Shown in pieces: positions 26,452 to 40,100 of a stretch of 64,000 nucleotides of DNA; position 1 is the first letter of the stretch, and every line of letters starts with the position of its first letter. The notes under the pieces were generated by a model. It saw only the letters and a list, made by a program, of their open reading frames with translations. It did not search any database and was not told where the DNA came from. The stretch is from Anaeramoeba ignava BMAN (lineage: Eukaryota; Protista; Anaeramoebae): contig JAPDFW010000094.1 of the NCBI GenBank assembly GCA_028826165.1, positions 186,001 through 250,000 on the forward strand, written 5' to 3'. The translations under genes and the position numbers were made by a program.

Positions 26452-29400
26452 ATGGAAACTGAAAGTAAAATTAAAATTAAAATTAAAATTAAAATTTAAA
26501 ATTGAAAGTAAAATTAAATTTATAAATAAATAGTTTGGTATGAATTGTATGATTTACAATATCAACAAGAATATTATCACAGTCCAATTTATCAACGAAC
26601 ACAATGGGAAAGACCAACAGAAGCAAGTAAAATTTTAAGTGTAGCAGAAGAATTAAGAAAAGGAGATAAAGAAGCAGCAATAAAAAAGTTAGAAGAGTTA
26701 GTAAATACAATTAAGAGAAAAGAAACAGTAAAATATTTTATAAGTGATCAAGAAGAATTAGAAAAAGAAGAAAAAATAAAAGAAGAAAAAATAAAAGAAG
26801 AAAAATTACAAAAAAAAGAAGAAAAACAAAAACAAGAAAAGAAAAAAATAAAAAGAACAATTACAAAAACAAGAAGAATTGAAAAAACAAGAACAATTAC
26901 AAAAACAAGAAGAATTAAAAAAACAAGAAGAATTGAAAAAACAAGAAGAAAAAATAAAAGAAGAAGAATTACAAAAACAAGAACAATTACGACTTCAAGA
27001 ATTACAAAAACAAGAAGAATTGAAAAAACAAGAAGAATTAAAAAAACAAGAAGAATTAAAAAAACAAGAAGAATTGAAAAAACAAGAACAATTACGACTT
27101 CAAGAATTACAAAAACAAGAAGAAGAATTGAAAAAACAAGAACAATTACGACTTCAAGAATTACAAAAACAAGAAGAATTACAAAAACAAGAACAATTAC
27201 GACTTCAAGAATTACAACAAGAAGATGAAAGACAAGAACAATTACGACTTCAAGCATTACAACAAGAAGATGAAAGACAAGAACAATTACGACTTGAAGA
27301 ATTACAGAAAGAAAATGAACAAAAAATTCAACGGAAATCACCACAAAACTTACGGGGCATACCCCCACCTATTAACATACCAAAAGCACCCAGAGGTCGG
27401 TCACCAAAAAGAATCTCACCGAGTCGATCTCTTCCGAACCAAAGGGGAGCGAGGAATGTTTCACCTCGTGGAAGGAAACCCATAAGCATCAAAGACAAGC
27501 AAGCGATGTTTGAACAAAAATCGAGGGCACAAACGCCCAAAGAGGAAAGCATAAAAAAGCCTTTTGATTTCCAGCAAATGAAGAATAAATTTGGTGCTCA
27601 AAATCCCCCTGTTAATGAGAATCAAAATACCCCTTCTTTGCAGAGAAATCAAGATAAAGACCAGAGAAGAAAAACTCTTCCTCCAAGATCAAATAAATTG
27701 GCTGCTTTGCAATCTAAGCTTTCTATGACTTCGCAAATTCAGGTTTCTATCCCTCAACCTTCTAGAACTGCTGAGGATGTTGATGTTGTTCATAATGCTC
27801 TTGAAAAAACTACTGTTAAGAATCCTCAAGATGATGATACTCAAGTATTTTTATTTTTTGGAATTTAAAATTATTTAAATTAAAATATAAATTAAAATTA
27901 AAATTAAAATCAAAATTATTTAAATTAAAATTAAAATTAAAAATAAAATTAAAAATTAAAAATAAAATTAAAATTAAAATTAAAATTAAAATCAAAATTA
28001 AAATCAAAATAAAATTAAAATAAAATTAAAATTAAAATAAAAATTAAAATTAAAATTAAAATTAAAATCAAAATAAAATTAAAATTAAAATTAAAATTAA
28101 AATTAAAATTAAAATCAAAATTAAAATTAAAATTAAAATTAAAATTAAAATCAAAATTATTTAAATTAAAATTATAATTAAAATCAAAATTAAAATTAAA
28201 ATCAAAATTAAAATTAAAATCAAAATTAAAATTGAAATTAAAATAAAAATTAAAATTAAAATCAAAATTAAAAATTAAAATTGAAATTAAAAATAAAATT
28301 AAAATTGTTTAAATTTAAAATTAAAATTAAAATTAAAATTAAAATTAAAATTAAAATTAAAATTAAAATTAAAATTATAATTATAATCAAAATTATAATT
28401 AAAATTAAAATCAAAATCAAAATAAAAATCAAAAGGACAACCAAAAACCTAAAAAACTTAATGATAAATTAAACAAAGATATCCAACGTTTTCAACTTTC
28501 TGGTTTTGCAGAAAAACATTTTAAGAAAAGAAAAAATGGAATAATTTTTAAAAGAGAAGTTCCTGTTAAAAAATTATTATCTTATTCCAAAAATCCAATT
28601 AAAACTTCATTATTACGTTTACCAACTGTTGAAGATTGTAGATTAGCAGTTGATGCTTTTCGAAGTATAAATTTATATTAAATTATTTGCAATTACATGA
28701 AATCAAATTACATGAAATCAAATTAAATTAAATTAAATTAAATCAAATTAAATTAAATTAAATCAAATCAAATTAAATTAAATTAAATTAAATCAAATTA
28801 AATTAAATTAAATTACATGAAATCAAATTAAAATTAAATTAAATTAAAATTAAAATTTTTGAAAATAAATATTTTAGATGTCTTGATTTATTGCGGAGAA
28901 AGAACATCAAGATTTTCAAATCCTATTATTGCTCTAACACAAAATTTACAATTTGGAATACGCTCACCACAACTACGTGATGAATTATATATTCAGATAT
29001 GCAAACAAACAAATGATAATTCAAATTCAGCAAGTTTGAAAAAAGCTTGGCAAATCTTTTCATTATACAGTCAAACATTTCCACCAACACGTGATTTTGA
29101 GAATTATTTGACTAGTTTTCTTCTTCAAGAATTGGAAAAAAAAGATCAAAATGTTTGTGCTCATGCTAAATATACTCTTAGAAAGCTTAAATTCATTTGT
29201 ACTCATGAATTTAAAACTGATATGCCTGGTGCTAATATTATAGAAAATATTGCTAATGAACCTTTTAAACCTTTTGTTTTTGGAGTTACTCTAAGTGAAT
29301 GTATGGTTCATCAAAAGAAAGATTTCCCAAGTTTACAAATTCCTCGTGTTTTAAATCTTTTTGTTGAGAAAATTATTGCTAAAAATGGTATAAATTTTAA

Positions 29401-30522
29401 ACATTTCAATTTAATTTACAAAATATTTCAAATTACAAAATTATTTCAATTTACAAAATATTTCAATTTACTAAATATTTTAATTTACTAAATATTTCAA
29501 TTTACTAAATATTTCAATTTACTAAATATTTCAATTTAATAAATATTTTAAATTACAAAATATTTCAAATTAATAAATATTTCAAATTACAAAACATTTC
29601 AAATTATTAAATATTTCAATTTACAAATTATTTTAAATTATTTCAATTTAATAAATATTTTAAATTACAAAATATTTCAAATTAATAAATATTTCAAATT
29701 ACAAAATATTTCAATTTACTAAATATTTCAAATTACAAATTATTTCAATTTACAAATTATTTCAAATTACAAAATATTTAAAATTACAAAATATTTCAAA
29801 TTACAAAATATTCCAATTTACAAAATATTTCAATTTACTAAATATTTCAAATTACAAAATATTTTAAATTACAAATTATTTTAATTTACAAAATATTTCA
29901 ATTTACAAAATATTTCAATTTACAAAATATTTCAAATTATTTCAAATTACAAAACATTTTAATTTAATGAAAAAAAGGAGCAACAACACGCGGAATTTTA
30001 AGGTAAAAATTTTTCATAAATAAAATATTATCAAAACTAAAAAAAATTAAAAACATGATTAAACTTTAAAACAGACCATCACGAAGCACAGAAACAGCAG
30101 AGTCTATCAAAGAAAAAATTGATCAAGGAGATTACACAATTGATGAAGATGATCCAGCAACATATGTGACACTTCTGAAAATGTGGCTCAACGAATTAGA
30201 AGAACCATTGATTCCATATGAAGAATATGAAAACTTTATTGATTGCGCAACTAATTTTTCCAAACTTAATAAAATGATTAAAAAATTACCTCAATTAAAT
30301 CGACTTGTTCTTGCTTATTTAACTAGTCTTTTCCAAGAATTTGCAAAAGAAAAAAATTCTACTCTTTCAAGATTAGATCCTGACCAAATAGGAGCTTTTT
30401 TCGGTCCTGTTATTTTGAGATCTAAAGCTTCTGTTATCAGGGATTATTATCAAGAAAGAACTATTCGTTTTATTGTTACTTTGATTTCTCAATGGAATGT
30501 TTCCAAAATTTTGAACTTTTAA
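26452..30522 (+). CDS. WW / coiled coil / MyTH4 / RhoGAP protein (second ARHGAP39-like gene); exons 26452-26464, 26534-27844 (one apparent frameshift ~26850), 28436-28664, 28878-29387, 29978-30002, 30075-30522
   Basis: WW (WYELYD..YYH....TQWERP), MyTH4 (LRDELYIQICKQT), RhoGAP (GIL R|PS; LLKMWLNELEEPLIP; FGPVILR). Confidence 0.88.
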
Positions 30523-31310
30523 TTTCAATTTCAAATTCAACTTCAATTTCAATTTAAATTTCAACTTAAATTTTAATTTCAAATTTAATTTCAAATTCAA
30601 TTTCAAATTTAATTTCAATTTAAATTTCAACTTTAATTTCAAATTTAATTTCAAATTTAATTTCAATTTAAATTTCAATTTTAATTTCAAATTTAATTTC
30701 AATTTCAATTTCAATTTCAATTTCAATTTCAATTTCAAATTCAATTTCAATTTTAATTTCAAATTCAAATTCAATTTCAATTTCAATTTCAATTTCAAAT
30801 TCAAATTCAATTTCAATTTTAATTTTAATTTCAATTTCAAATTCAACTTAAATTTTAATTTCAAAATAATTTTTCATTTTTCATTTTTATTTTCAAATTT
30901 TTTTAATTTTTAATTATTTTTCAATATGGGAGATGATTTCAATTTCAATTTCAATTTCAATTTCAATTTCAATTTCAAATTCAAATTCAAATTCAATTTC
31001 AATTTTAATTTCAAATTTAATTTCAAATTCAATTTCAATTTCAAATTCAAATTCAACTTAAATTTTAATTTCAAAATCAATATCAATTTCAAATTCAAAT
31101 TCAATTTCAATTTCAATTTCAAATTTCAATTTCAATTTCAATTTCAATTTTAATTTCAATTTCAACTTCAATTTTAATTTCAAATTCAAATTTCAATTTC
31201 AATTTCAATTTCAATTTCAAATTCAAATTCAAATTTCAATTTCAATTTCAATTTCAATTTCAATTTTAATTTCAATTTCAATTTCAATTTCAATTTCAAT
31301 TTCAATTTTT
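30523..31310. repeat. Intergenic (ttcaat/ttcaaa)n microsatellite
   Basis: Direct reading. Confidence 0.9.
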
Positions 31311-31422
31311 TTACTTTGAATTTTCCTTTTTTTTTCATTCAAAATAAAAAGAGGAAAATAATTTTTTTCATTTTTCATTTTTTATTTTTCATTTTTTTGC
31401 TTTTTTTAATTATTTTTTCAAT

Positions 31423-32396
31423 ATGGGAGATGATGGTATTAGAGCAGTTTTAGGAGGATTTGCTTTTTGTCTTTTAATTGTGTCAATTTGCTTTATTCCT
31501 GTATTTTTATTTTTATTTTCATTTATTCAAAAAAAATAAAAAAAATTTATAAAATTTTCAATAAAAATAAGTTTGGAATTGTTTGTCTTATTGTTGGAAG
31601 TTTTCTTGGAAGTACAACATGGTTAGTTATTGGTTATCTTATTTTATTCCTTCCTTTAGCTTTAGTTATTGTTTTAATCATTATTTTCTGTTATCGAAAA
31701 CCAAGGTAAATTAATTATAATTATAAATATAAATATAAATATAAATATAAGTATAAATATAAATATAAATATAAATATAAATATAAATATAAATCTAAAT
31801 ATAAATATAAATCTAAATATAAATCTAAATATAAATATAAATATAAATATAAATATAAATATAAATATAAATATAAATATAAATCTAAATATAAATATAA
31901 ATATAAATATAATTATAAATATAATTATAAATATAAATATAAATATAAATATAAATATAAATATAAATATAAATATAAATATAAATATAAATATAAATAT
32001 AAATATAAATATAAATATAAATATAAATATAAATATAAATATAATTATAAATATAATTATAAATATAAATATAAATATAAATATAAATATAAACAAATTT
32101 CCTTAAATAGATCTATTAGTTACAACGAAAATGATGCTGTAGTTTCTACAACACAAATCCAATATCAACAACCACCATTGAATCAACAACAATATCAACA
32201 ACCACCAATGATGAATCAACAACAATATCGACAACAACCAATAATTCCACAATATCAACAACCACCAGTAAATCAACAATATTTCCAACAACCACAAATG
32301 ATGAATCAACAACAATATTTACAACAACCACCAATAATGAATCAACCAACAGCTCCATTGGAAGAAACTCCAAATCAACAAACAGAAAATAATTGA
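31423..32396 (+). CDS. Small membrane protein with Q/P/Y-rich tail ending PTAPLEE; exons 31423-31500, 31572-31705, 32111-32396
   Basis: MGDDGIRAVLGGFAFCLLIVSICFIP|FGIVCLIVG...; in-frame splicing; paralog immediately downstream. Confidence 0.8.
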
Positions 32397-32639
32397 AACA
32401 ATTTTCTTGTTTTTTCAATTTCAATTTTAATTTTAATTTTAATTTTAATTTTAATTTCTATTCTTTTTGGAAAACAAATTTATTTTATTAAAAACCAAAA
32501 AAACAAACAAGAAAAAAAAAAGTGGAACATTTATTTATTTATTTTTTATTTATTTTTTTGCTTTTTATTATTTTCCCTAAATAAATTTTTTTTTTGATTT
32601 TTTTTTTTCATTTTTTCTTTTTTTATTAAAATTTTTAAA

Positions 32640-33355
32640 ATGAGTAATGATGGTTTAAGAGCAGTTTTAGGAGGATTTACTTGTTGTCTTTTAATTATCT
32701 CCATTTTCTTTATTCCTGTATTTTTATTTTTATTATTTTCATTTATTCAAAAAAAAATAAAAAAAATTTTAAATAAAAAAATAAAAAGGTTGGAATCATT
32801 TTTATTATAATTGGTAGTACTTTTGATAGTCCAGGATGGATAATACTTGGATATATTATTTTATTTCTTCCAGTTGGTTTAATAATTGTGATAATAATTA
32901 TATTCTTTTATAAAAGACCCAAGTAAGAAAAAAGCAAAAAAAAAAAAAAATCAATCAAAAAAATCAATCAAAAAAATCAATCAAAAAAATAAAAATTTAT
33001 TTTATAAAATAGAACTGTTATTTATTCAGATGAAGTAGTTATTTCAAAATCGGATATTCCTTATCAACAAATTCCACCAAATCAATATCGACAACCAAAT
33101 CAATATCAACAACAATATCAACAACCAAATCAATATCAACAACCAAATCAATATCAACAACCAATAATGAATCAACCAAATCAATATCAACAACCAATGA
33201 TGAATCAACCAAATCAATATCAACAACCAATAATGAATCAACCAATAATGAATCAACCAAATCAATATCAACAACCAATAATGAATCAACCAATAATGAA
33301 TCAACCAACAGCTCCATTGGAAGAAACACAAAACCAAAAAACAGAAAATAATTAA
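32640..33355 (+). CDS. Tandem paralog of the previous small membrane protein; exons 32640-32717, 32789-32922, 33013-33355
   Basis: Same exon 1 and 2 lengths (78 and 134 nt), same intron phases, same PTAPLEE end. Confidence 0.8.
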
Positions 33356-33483
33356 AACAAAACTTTTTTCTCATTTTTGATTTGATTTGATTTGATTTGA
33401 TTTGATTTGATTTGATTTTTTATTTTTTTGGATCAAAAAAAAAAAAATAATTAAAATTATCTTTCTTCGTTTTTTTTTCTTTC

Positions 33484-35064
33484 TTAAATATATCGATTTG
33501 AGTCAAAATCATAAGTTCGTTTGTTTCTTTGATAGTTTTCATAAGCTTCTATAATAAGAATACCAATAATTAACAAATTTCCCAAAACTTCAGGAATCAA
33601 AATGGGTAAAGAAATAAGCCAATAAGAAATACTTAATTTATTATCCCATTTACGCAAAAGCATGATTTCAACAGCAAAAAAAGTAGTACCAACAATTAAT
33701 TGAATGAAATTAAGTTGGTGAATTGAAGAATAATAAACATGAGAAGTTGTAGCTCTGTATAAACAAGCCATTGTAATTCCAATCACAGGAAGAAAGTCAC
33801 AAATAAAAAGAGGAATAAAACATTTAGTCCATGATAAATCAAAATTATAATCCACTTTCAAAGAAGCAAGAATCAAGAAAATGGAGAAGAAAATTGTATA
33901 AATTGGGAAGTAAATGATCAACGAAATTGTTGTGAAGGAAAAATAAAACGGATATCGTTTGTCTCGATATTGCTGAAGAATTTGAAGAGTAACTAGAGTG
34001 GAAATTAATATGGATAAAACAAAAAATGGAATAGCACAAACAAAAATAGGAGTATCTTTGAAAATGCCTTTTTGATCCAATTTTAAACCGCCAAATATTA
34101 AAGAAATCATAAAAATCACTGATCCAGCAGCAAGTGACCAAAACAAAAAAATATCCCGATCTCCATGTCCTTCTCCTTCAAGTATTTTGACTGATCCAAC
34201 CATTCCAAGATGGATGCAAGTGTAAAAAATTGGTAAAAATGCAACAACCCAAGAAATATCAATTTTATTTTCAAGTTTTAAAATTATTAAAATTAACGGA
34301 ACTGTCATTCCCAATATAAAAGCTAATCCCATAACAAATGGATTAAGTACAATTTTGTCTTTGAAATTTGACACTCTATTTTCAAAATCTATTTTTCGCT
34401 TGTGTTTTTCATACATTTTCTTTAATCCGTTTATTTTCATTGCTTGATTTTGAAATACTTTTCTTGGATCCTTTTCAATTTCTTCTGTAATTTTTTTCAG
34501 TTGATTTTCATCCACAATTTTAATATTTTGATCCTCAAAATCCAAATATTCATTTTGATATTCACTTTTTTTCTCATTTTGAATTTCATTCTTATTTTCA
34601 TTTTCATTTGAATTTTTTAAAAAATATTGACAAATTCCATTTGATCCTTCCATTTCAAAATGTTTTGCATCTCGATAATTTAATTTTAATTTTAAAAAAT
34701 CCAATTTATCTCGATATTTTTTTAACATTGGTTTCCAAAGTGACCAATCATTTGAAATTCTATTAAATTGATTATTTACACATGAACAAAATCCAAGTTG
34801 AAAAGGTTTATCAAGATATTGAAAAATTAAGAGCATCACTAAAAAAATTCATCAAAAAAAAAATTTTTTTAAATTTGAATTTTTCAATTTGAATTTTTTC
34901 TTCTTTTAAAACAAACATTCATCAGGAAAATTTTCAAAATAATTTTCTGAATTTGGATTTGGATTTAAATTTGAATTTTCTTCCAAATCTTTAAGTTCTT
35001 TTATTGTTTCTGGTTTTAACCAATCTAAATGAAATTCAAGAGTTAGATAAGTTTGAGGATTCAT
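33484..35064 (-). CDS. F-box + multi-pass membrane protein (TMEM185/FAM11-like TM repeats); exons 35064-34917, 34838-33484
   Basis: FPDE|LMLLIFQYL...SCVNNQFNRISNDWSLW F-box; repeated KL[ED]...SW..FLP / SWTKCFIPLF / SYWLISLP membrane units. Confidence 0.75.
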
Positions 35065-35292
35065 ATTTGATATTTGATATTGATATATTTTTTTAAAGAA
35101 AAGAAGAAAAAGAAAAGAAAAAAAATGAAATCTAATTTTAAAAAAAAAATAAATTGTTTTTTAATGTTTTAAAATGTTTTAAATGTTTTTAAAATGTTTT
35201 AAATTGCCGGAAATAATTTTAAAAAATGGAAAAAATTAAAATCATTTTTTTTTTCTCATCTTTTTCAATTTAAATTTCAATTTTAAAAAATA

Positions 35293-36930
35293 ATGGAATT
35301 AAAAGTGGAAATCAAACAAAATCCAAATACAAAAAATCATCCAGGAGCAAAATACGGACAATGTATGGGAATTTATAAAGAAAATATATATATATTTGGA
35401 GGAGTAACAATGCAAGGATATGACAATAGAATTTCTGCATATAACATGAAGAAAGATGAATGGATTGAATTAACAGAACAAAACACAGAGGAAAGACCAA
35501 CACCAAGATCTGGGCATATGGGGACTTATCATGACGAGAAAATGTATATTTTTGGAGGACTTCATCGACACTTATTTTTCAACGACCTTTATTGCTTCGA
35601 CATGAACAAGCACAGTTGGAAGAAAATGGAAACAAAGGGTGAAGCGCCTGAGACGCGCTCTCGATTTGGGTTTACTTACTTCGATTCAAAGCTGTTTATT
35701 TTTGGTGGATTTCATGAAACAAATTATGTCAACACTCTCTATTCATTGGATCTTTTGACAAGCACTTGGTCGAAATGTGAAACATCAGGCGACACTTTCG
35801 TTGAAAAGGGAGGCTTCTCTACAGCTCTCGCAGAAACAATGGCGCGGCTGTATTTGTTTGGAGGGGTTCGTTTCAGACAGCACGATAACGACCTCTTCGA
35901 ATTGGATTTGAAAATGTATTCAATCAAGAAAATTATTTGCAATGGAAATGTACAGCCTTGCCCGCGTAGAAATCATTCAGCGATTGTCTACGATCAACGG
36001 ATGTTTGTCTTTGGGGGAAAAACTCAAGATGATGTGCCTCTAAATGATATTTTTATGTTTGATTTTAAATCACTTACTTGGACTGAAATTATTTATGATT
36101 CTTCCTCTGTTGTTCCTAGAGTTGGCTTTGCTATGGATATTGATAAGCGGTTTAATTGCTGGATTTATGGCGGTTATAATTATACTTTTTTGGATGATCT
36201 TGTCTGTTTTAGTTTTCCTAATATTTTCAATGATTCTTTATTTATTGATTTAAAATCTTTATTTATTCGCCAAGAATTAACAAATGAAAATATCATTTCC
36301 AAGGAAGGCTCCAACATCGGTTTCCACTATGTTCTTGTTCACCATCGTCTCAAGAGTCATTTGATTCGCACAAATAAATCTTCTTCTAAATCCCAAATTG
36401 AAAAACTTAAATTGACAAGTCGTAATTATGACGAAAGTGTTTTGAAATGCTTTTTGGTGTATTTATATTCCGCTATTGTCGATCTTAAAATTTTGCGTAA
36501 TTCTTTGCAATCGCTTCAACAACTCGAAGCTTTGGCGCGGAAGTTCCATTGCGATCCTTTAGTGGAATATCTAGAATTTCAAACATTCCAAAATAATTTA
36601 TTTGAGTTCTTAATTCAAGATTTAAAAGAGCTCAAAAATCAAGAAGAAACAAAGGATTTTACGATTAAAATTCCCAATGAAAACAAGCATATTCGTGTTC
36701 ATTCTTTGATTTTGTTGGCTAGAAGTGAACTTTATAGAGGCATGTTAATTAGTGTTAATGATGAAAGTAAATCAGCTCCTGATTTTTCTGGAAGAAGTTT
36801 TAAATCAATTAAAAAAATTGTGAAATATTTTTATACTGGAAAAATCAAAGGATTAACTACTCAAATTCGTGAAGAACTTGAAGATGCAAGTGATTATTAT
36901 GGATTTTCAGATTCATTAAAATTGGATTAA
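35293..36930 (+). CDS. Kelch-repeat / BTB-BTB protein (LZTR1-like architecture), intronless
   Basis: Multiple YIFGG kelch repeats; HSLILLARSELYRGML. Confidence 0.9.
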   Translation: MELKVEIKQNPNTKNHPGAKYGQCMGIYKENIYIFGGVTMQGYDNRISAYNMKKDEWIELTEQNTEERPTPRSGHMGTYHDEKMYIFGGLHRHLFFNDLYCFDMNKHSWKKMETKGEAPETRSRFGFTYFDSKLFIFGGFHETNYVNTLYSLDLLTSTWSKCETSGDTFVEKGGFSTALAETMARLYLFGGVRFRQHDNDLFELDLKMYSIKKIICNGNVQPCPRRNHSAIVYDQRMFVFGGKTQDDVPLNDIFMFDFKSLTWTEIIYDSSSVVPRVGFAMDIDKRFNCWIYGGYNYTFLDDLVCFSFPNIFNDSLFIDLKSLFIRQELTNENIISKEGSNIGFHYVLVHHRLKSHLIRTNKSSSKSQIEKLKLTSRNYDESVLKCFLVYLYSAIVDLKILRNSLQSLQQLEALARKFHCDPLVEYLEFQTFQNNLFEFLIQDLKELKNQEETKDFTIKIPNENKHIRVHSLILLARSELYRGMLISVNDESKSAPDFSGRSFKSIKKIVKYFYTGKIKGLTTQIREELEDASDYYGFSDSLKLD

Positions 36931-37126
36931 ATTTTTAATTAAATTTTTAATTAAATTTTTAATTAAATTTTTAATTAAATTTTTATTTAAATTTTGGATC
37001 AAAAAGAGCAAAAAACAAAAAACAAAAACAAAAACAAAATTAATCAAGAAAATCCTTCTTTACAAAATGCATTCAATTTAGAAATCCTGATTGAATAAAA
37101 AATATTATTCTCTTTTTTTTTTAAAA

Positions 37127-40100
37127 TTAATTTTTTGAATTTTCATTTTGATTTGAATTTTCATTATTATTTTCATTATTATTTTCATTATTAATTTCAT
37201 TATCATCTTGGTCTAAATTAACTTCTTTAAGTTGAGAAGAAGAAAGAATTTGGGAAGTTTGTTGAGATAAACCATCAAGTTCTAAAAAGATTTTTAATTG
37301 AATTTTTAATTGGAATTTTTTAATTGAAATTTTAATTGGAATTTTTACCAAATTGAGTAAAATTAAATAATGAAGATGAATTTTTTCCATTTGGAAGTTT
37401 AAATTTAGAATCACGAAGTTGATTAAAAAAAGGATGAGCCAAAGCATCAGCAGAACTTATTCTTTTTGAAGGAGAATAAACTAATAATTTTGATAAAAGA
37501 TCAATTGCATCATTTTCAATATTTTTTGGTAAAATTTGTGAAATTGGTTGAGGTTTAATAATTGGAAAATCATTTTCTGGAAATTCTGGATTCATTTCAT
37601 TTAATTCTTCTTTTGTTGGTGATCCTAATACTTTCATAATTTCAATACTTTGTGAAATTTTATCTTTTCCTTTAAATAAGGTTTTATTAGTTAAAAGCTC
37701 TACAAGAATGCATCCGATTGACCATAAATCTATATATAATTTTATATATAATTTTATATATAATTTTATAAATAATTTTATATTTAATATTATAAATAAT
37801 TTTATAAATAATTTATATATAATTTTATATTTAATTTTATATTTAATTTTATATTTTATTTTATATTTAATTTTATATTTAATTTTATATATAATTTTAT
37901 ATTTAATTTTATATATAATTTTATAAATAATTTTATATTTAATTTTATATATAATTTTATAAATAATTTTATATTTAATTTTATATATAATTTTATAAAT
38001 AATTTTATAAATAATTTTATAAATAATTTAATAAATAATTTTATATTTAATTTTATATTTAATTTTATAAATAATTTTATAAATAATTTTATATTTAATA
38101 TTATAAATAATTTTATAAATAATTTATATATAATTTTTATATTTAATTTTATAAATAATTTTATAAATAATTTTATATATAATTTTATATTTAATATTAT
38201 ATTTAATTTTGTATTTAATTTTATAAATAATTTTATAATTAATTTTATAAATAATTTTATAAATAATTTTATATTTAATATTATAAATAATTTTATATTT
38301 AATTTTATATTTAATTTTATTAATAATTTTATAAATAATTTTATAAATAATTTTATATTTAATTTTATAAATAATTTTATATTTAATTTTATAAATAATT
38401 TTATAAATAATTTTATAAATAATTTTATAAATAATTTTATATTTAATTTTATAAATAATTTTATAAATAATTTTATATTTAATTTTATATATAATTTTAT
38501 ATTTAATTTTATATATAATTTTATATTTAATATTATAAATAATTTTATAAATAATTTTATAATTAATTTTATAAATAATTTTATAATTAATTTTATATAT
38601 AATTTAATATTTAATTTTATATTTAATTTTATATTTAATTTTATAAATAATTTTATATTTAATTTTATAAATAATTTTATATTTAATATTATAAATAATT
38701 TTTATATTTAATTTTATATTTAATTTTATAAATAATTTTATAAATAATTTTATAAATAATTTTATAAATAATTTTATAAATAATTTAATAAATAATTTTA
38801 TATTTAATTTTATATTTAATTTTATAATTAATTTTATAAATAATTTTATATTTTATTTTATAAATAATTTTATAAATAATTTTATAAATAATATTATAAA
38901 TAATATTATAATTAATTTTATATTTAATTTTATAAATAATTTTATAATTAATTTTATAAATAATTTTATAAATAATTTTATATTTAATATTATAAATAAT
39001 TTTATATTTAATTTTATATTTAATTTTATTAATAATTTTATAAATAATTTTATAAATAATTTTATATTTAATTTTATAAATAATTTTATATTTAATATTA
39101 TATTTAATTTTATAAATAATTTTATATTTAATTTTATATTTAATATTATATTTAATTTTATAAATAATATTATAATTAATTTTATAAATAATATTATAAT
39201 TAATTTTATAAATAATTTTATATTTAATATTATAAATAATTTTATATTTAATATTATATATAATTTTATATTTAATATTATATTTAATATTATAAATAAT
39301 TTTATAAATAATTTTATAAATAATTTTATATTTAATTTTATAAATAATTTTATAAATAATTTCTTTACCAATTTTAGTTGAATATTTTCTTGATCCAAAA
39401 ACTAATTCAGGAGCTCGATAAAATCTTGATCCAATATAATAAACACTAAACTCATCTTTTTCAATAAATTTTGCACTAAAAAAAATAAATAGAAAAAATA
39501 AACAGAAAAATTAAATAAGAAATGAAAAAAATAAACTAACCTTCCAAAATCACATAATTTTAATTCTCCATTTTCAGGATTTATTAATAAATTTTGAGGT
39601 TTAATATCTCTGTGACAAATTTCTAATTTATGTAAATAATTTGTAGCTCGAAATAATTGATAAATATAAAGCTAAATTAAAATTTAAATTAAAATTAAAA
39701 ATTAAAATTAAAATTAAAATTAAAAATTAAAAATTAAAATTAAAATTAAAATTAAAATTAAAATAAAAACAATACTTTTACAAACGAAATTGGAATTAAT
39801 TGATTTAGTTTTCGATATTTTTTAATTAAGAAAAAAATAGTTTGAGGAAAATAATCAAGAACTAAATTCAAAAAAATTTCTCTCTAAATTTAACAAACAA
39901 AAAAATTAAATTGTAAAATTTTCATTTGGAAAAAAATAACGTTAACAACTCAAAAAGTTGAAATATTTAGTTGATTTATAATAAAATTACGTTTGAAGAA
40001 GTTGTATAAAAATAATTTTGTAATTTAATTATGTTTGGATGATCGAGTTTTTTCATGATTTCAAGTTCCCGGTTCTTGAGAGTAAGTTTTGATAATTAAT

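Noticed and set aside
26830-26880. Possible programmed frameshift in the second RhoGAP gene
   Set aside because: Falls in A-homopolymer runs of a coiled-coil repeat; an indel error is far more likely.
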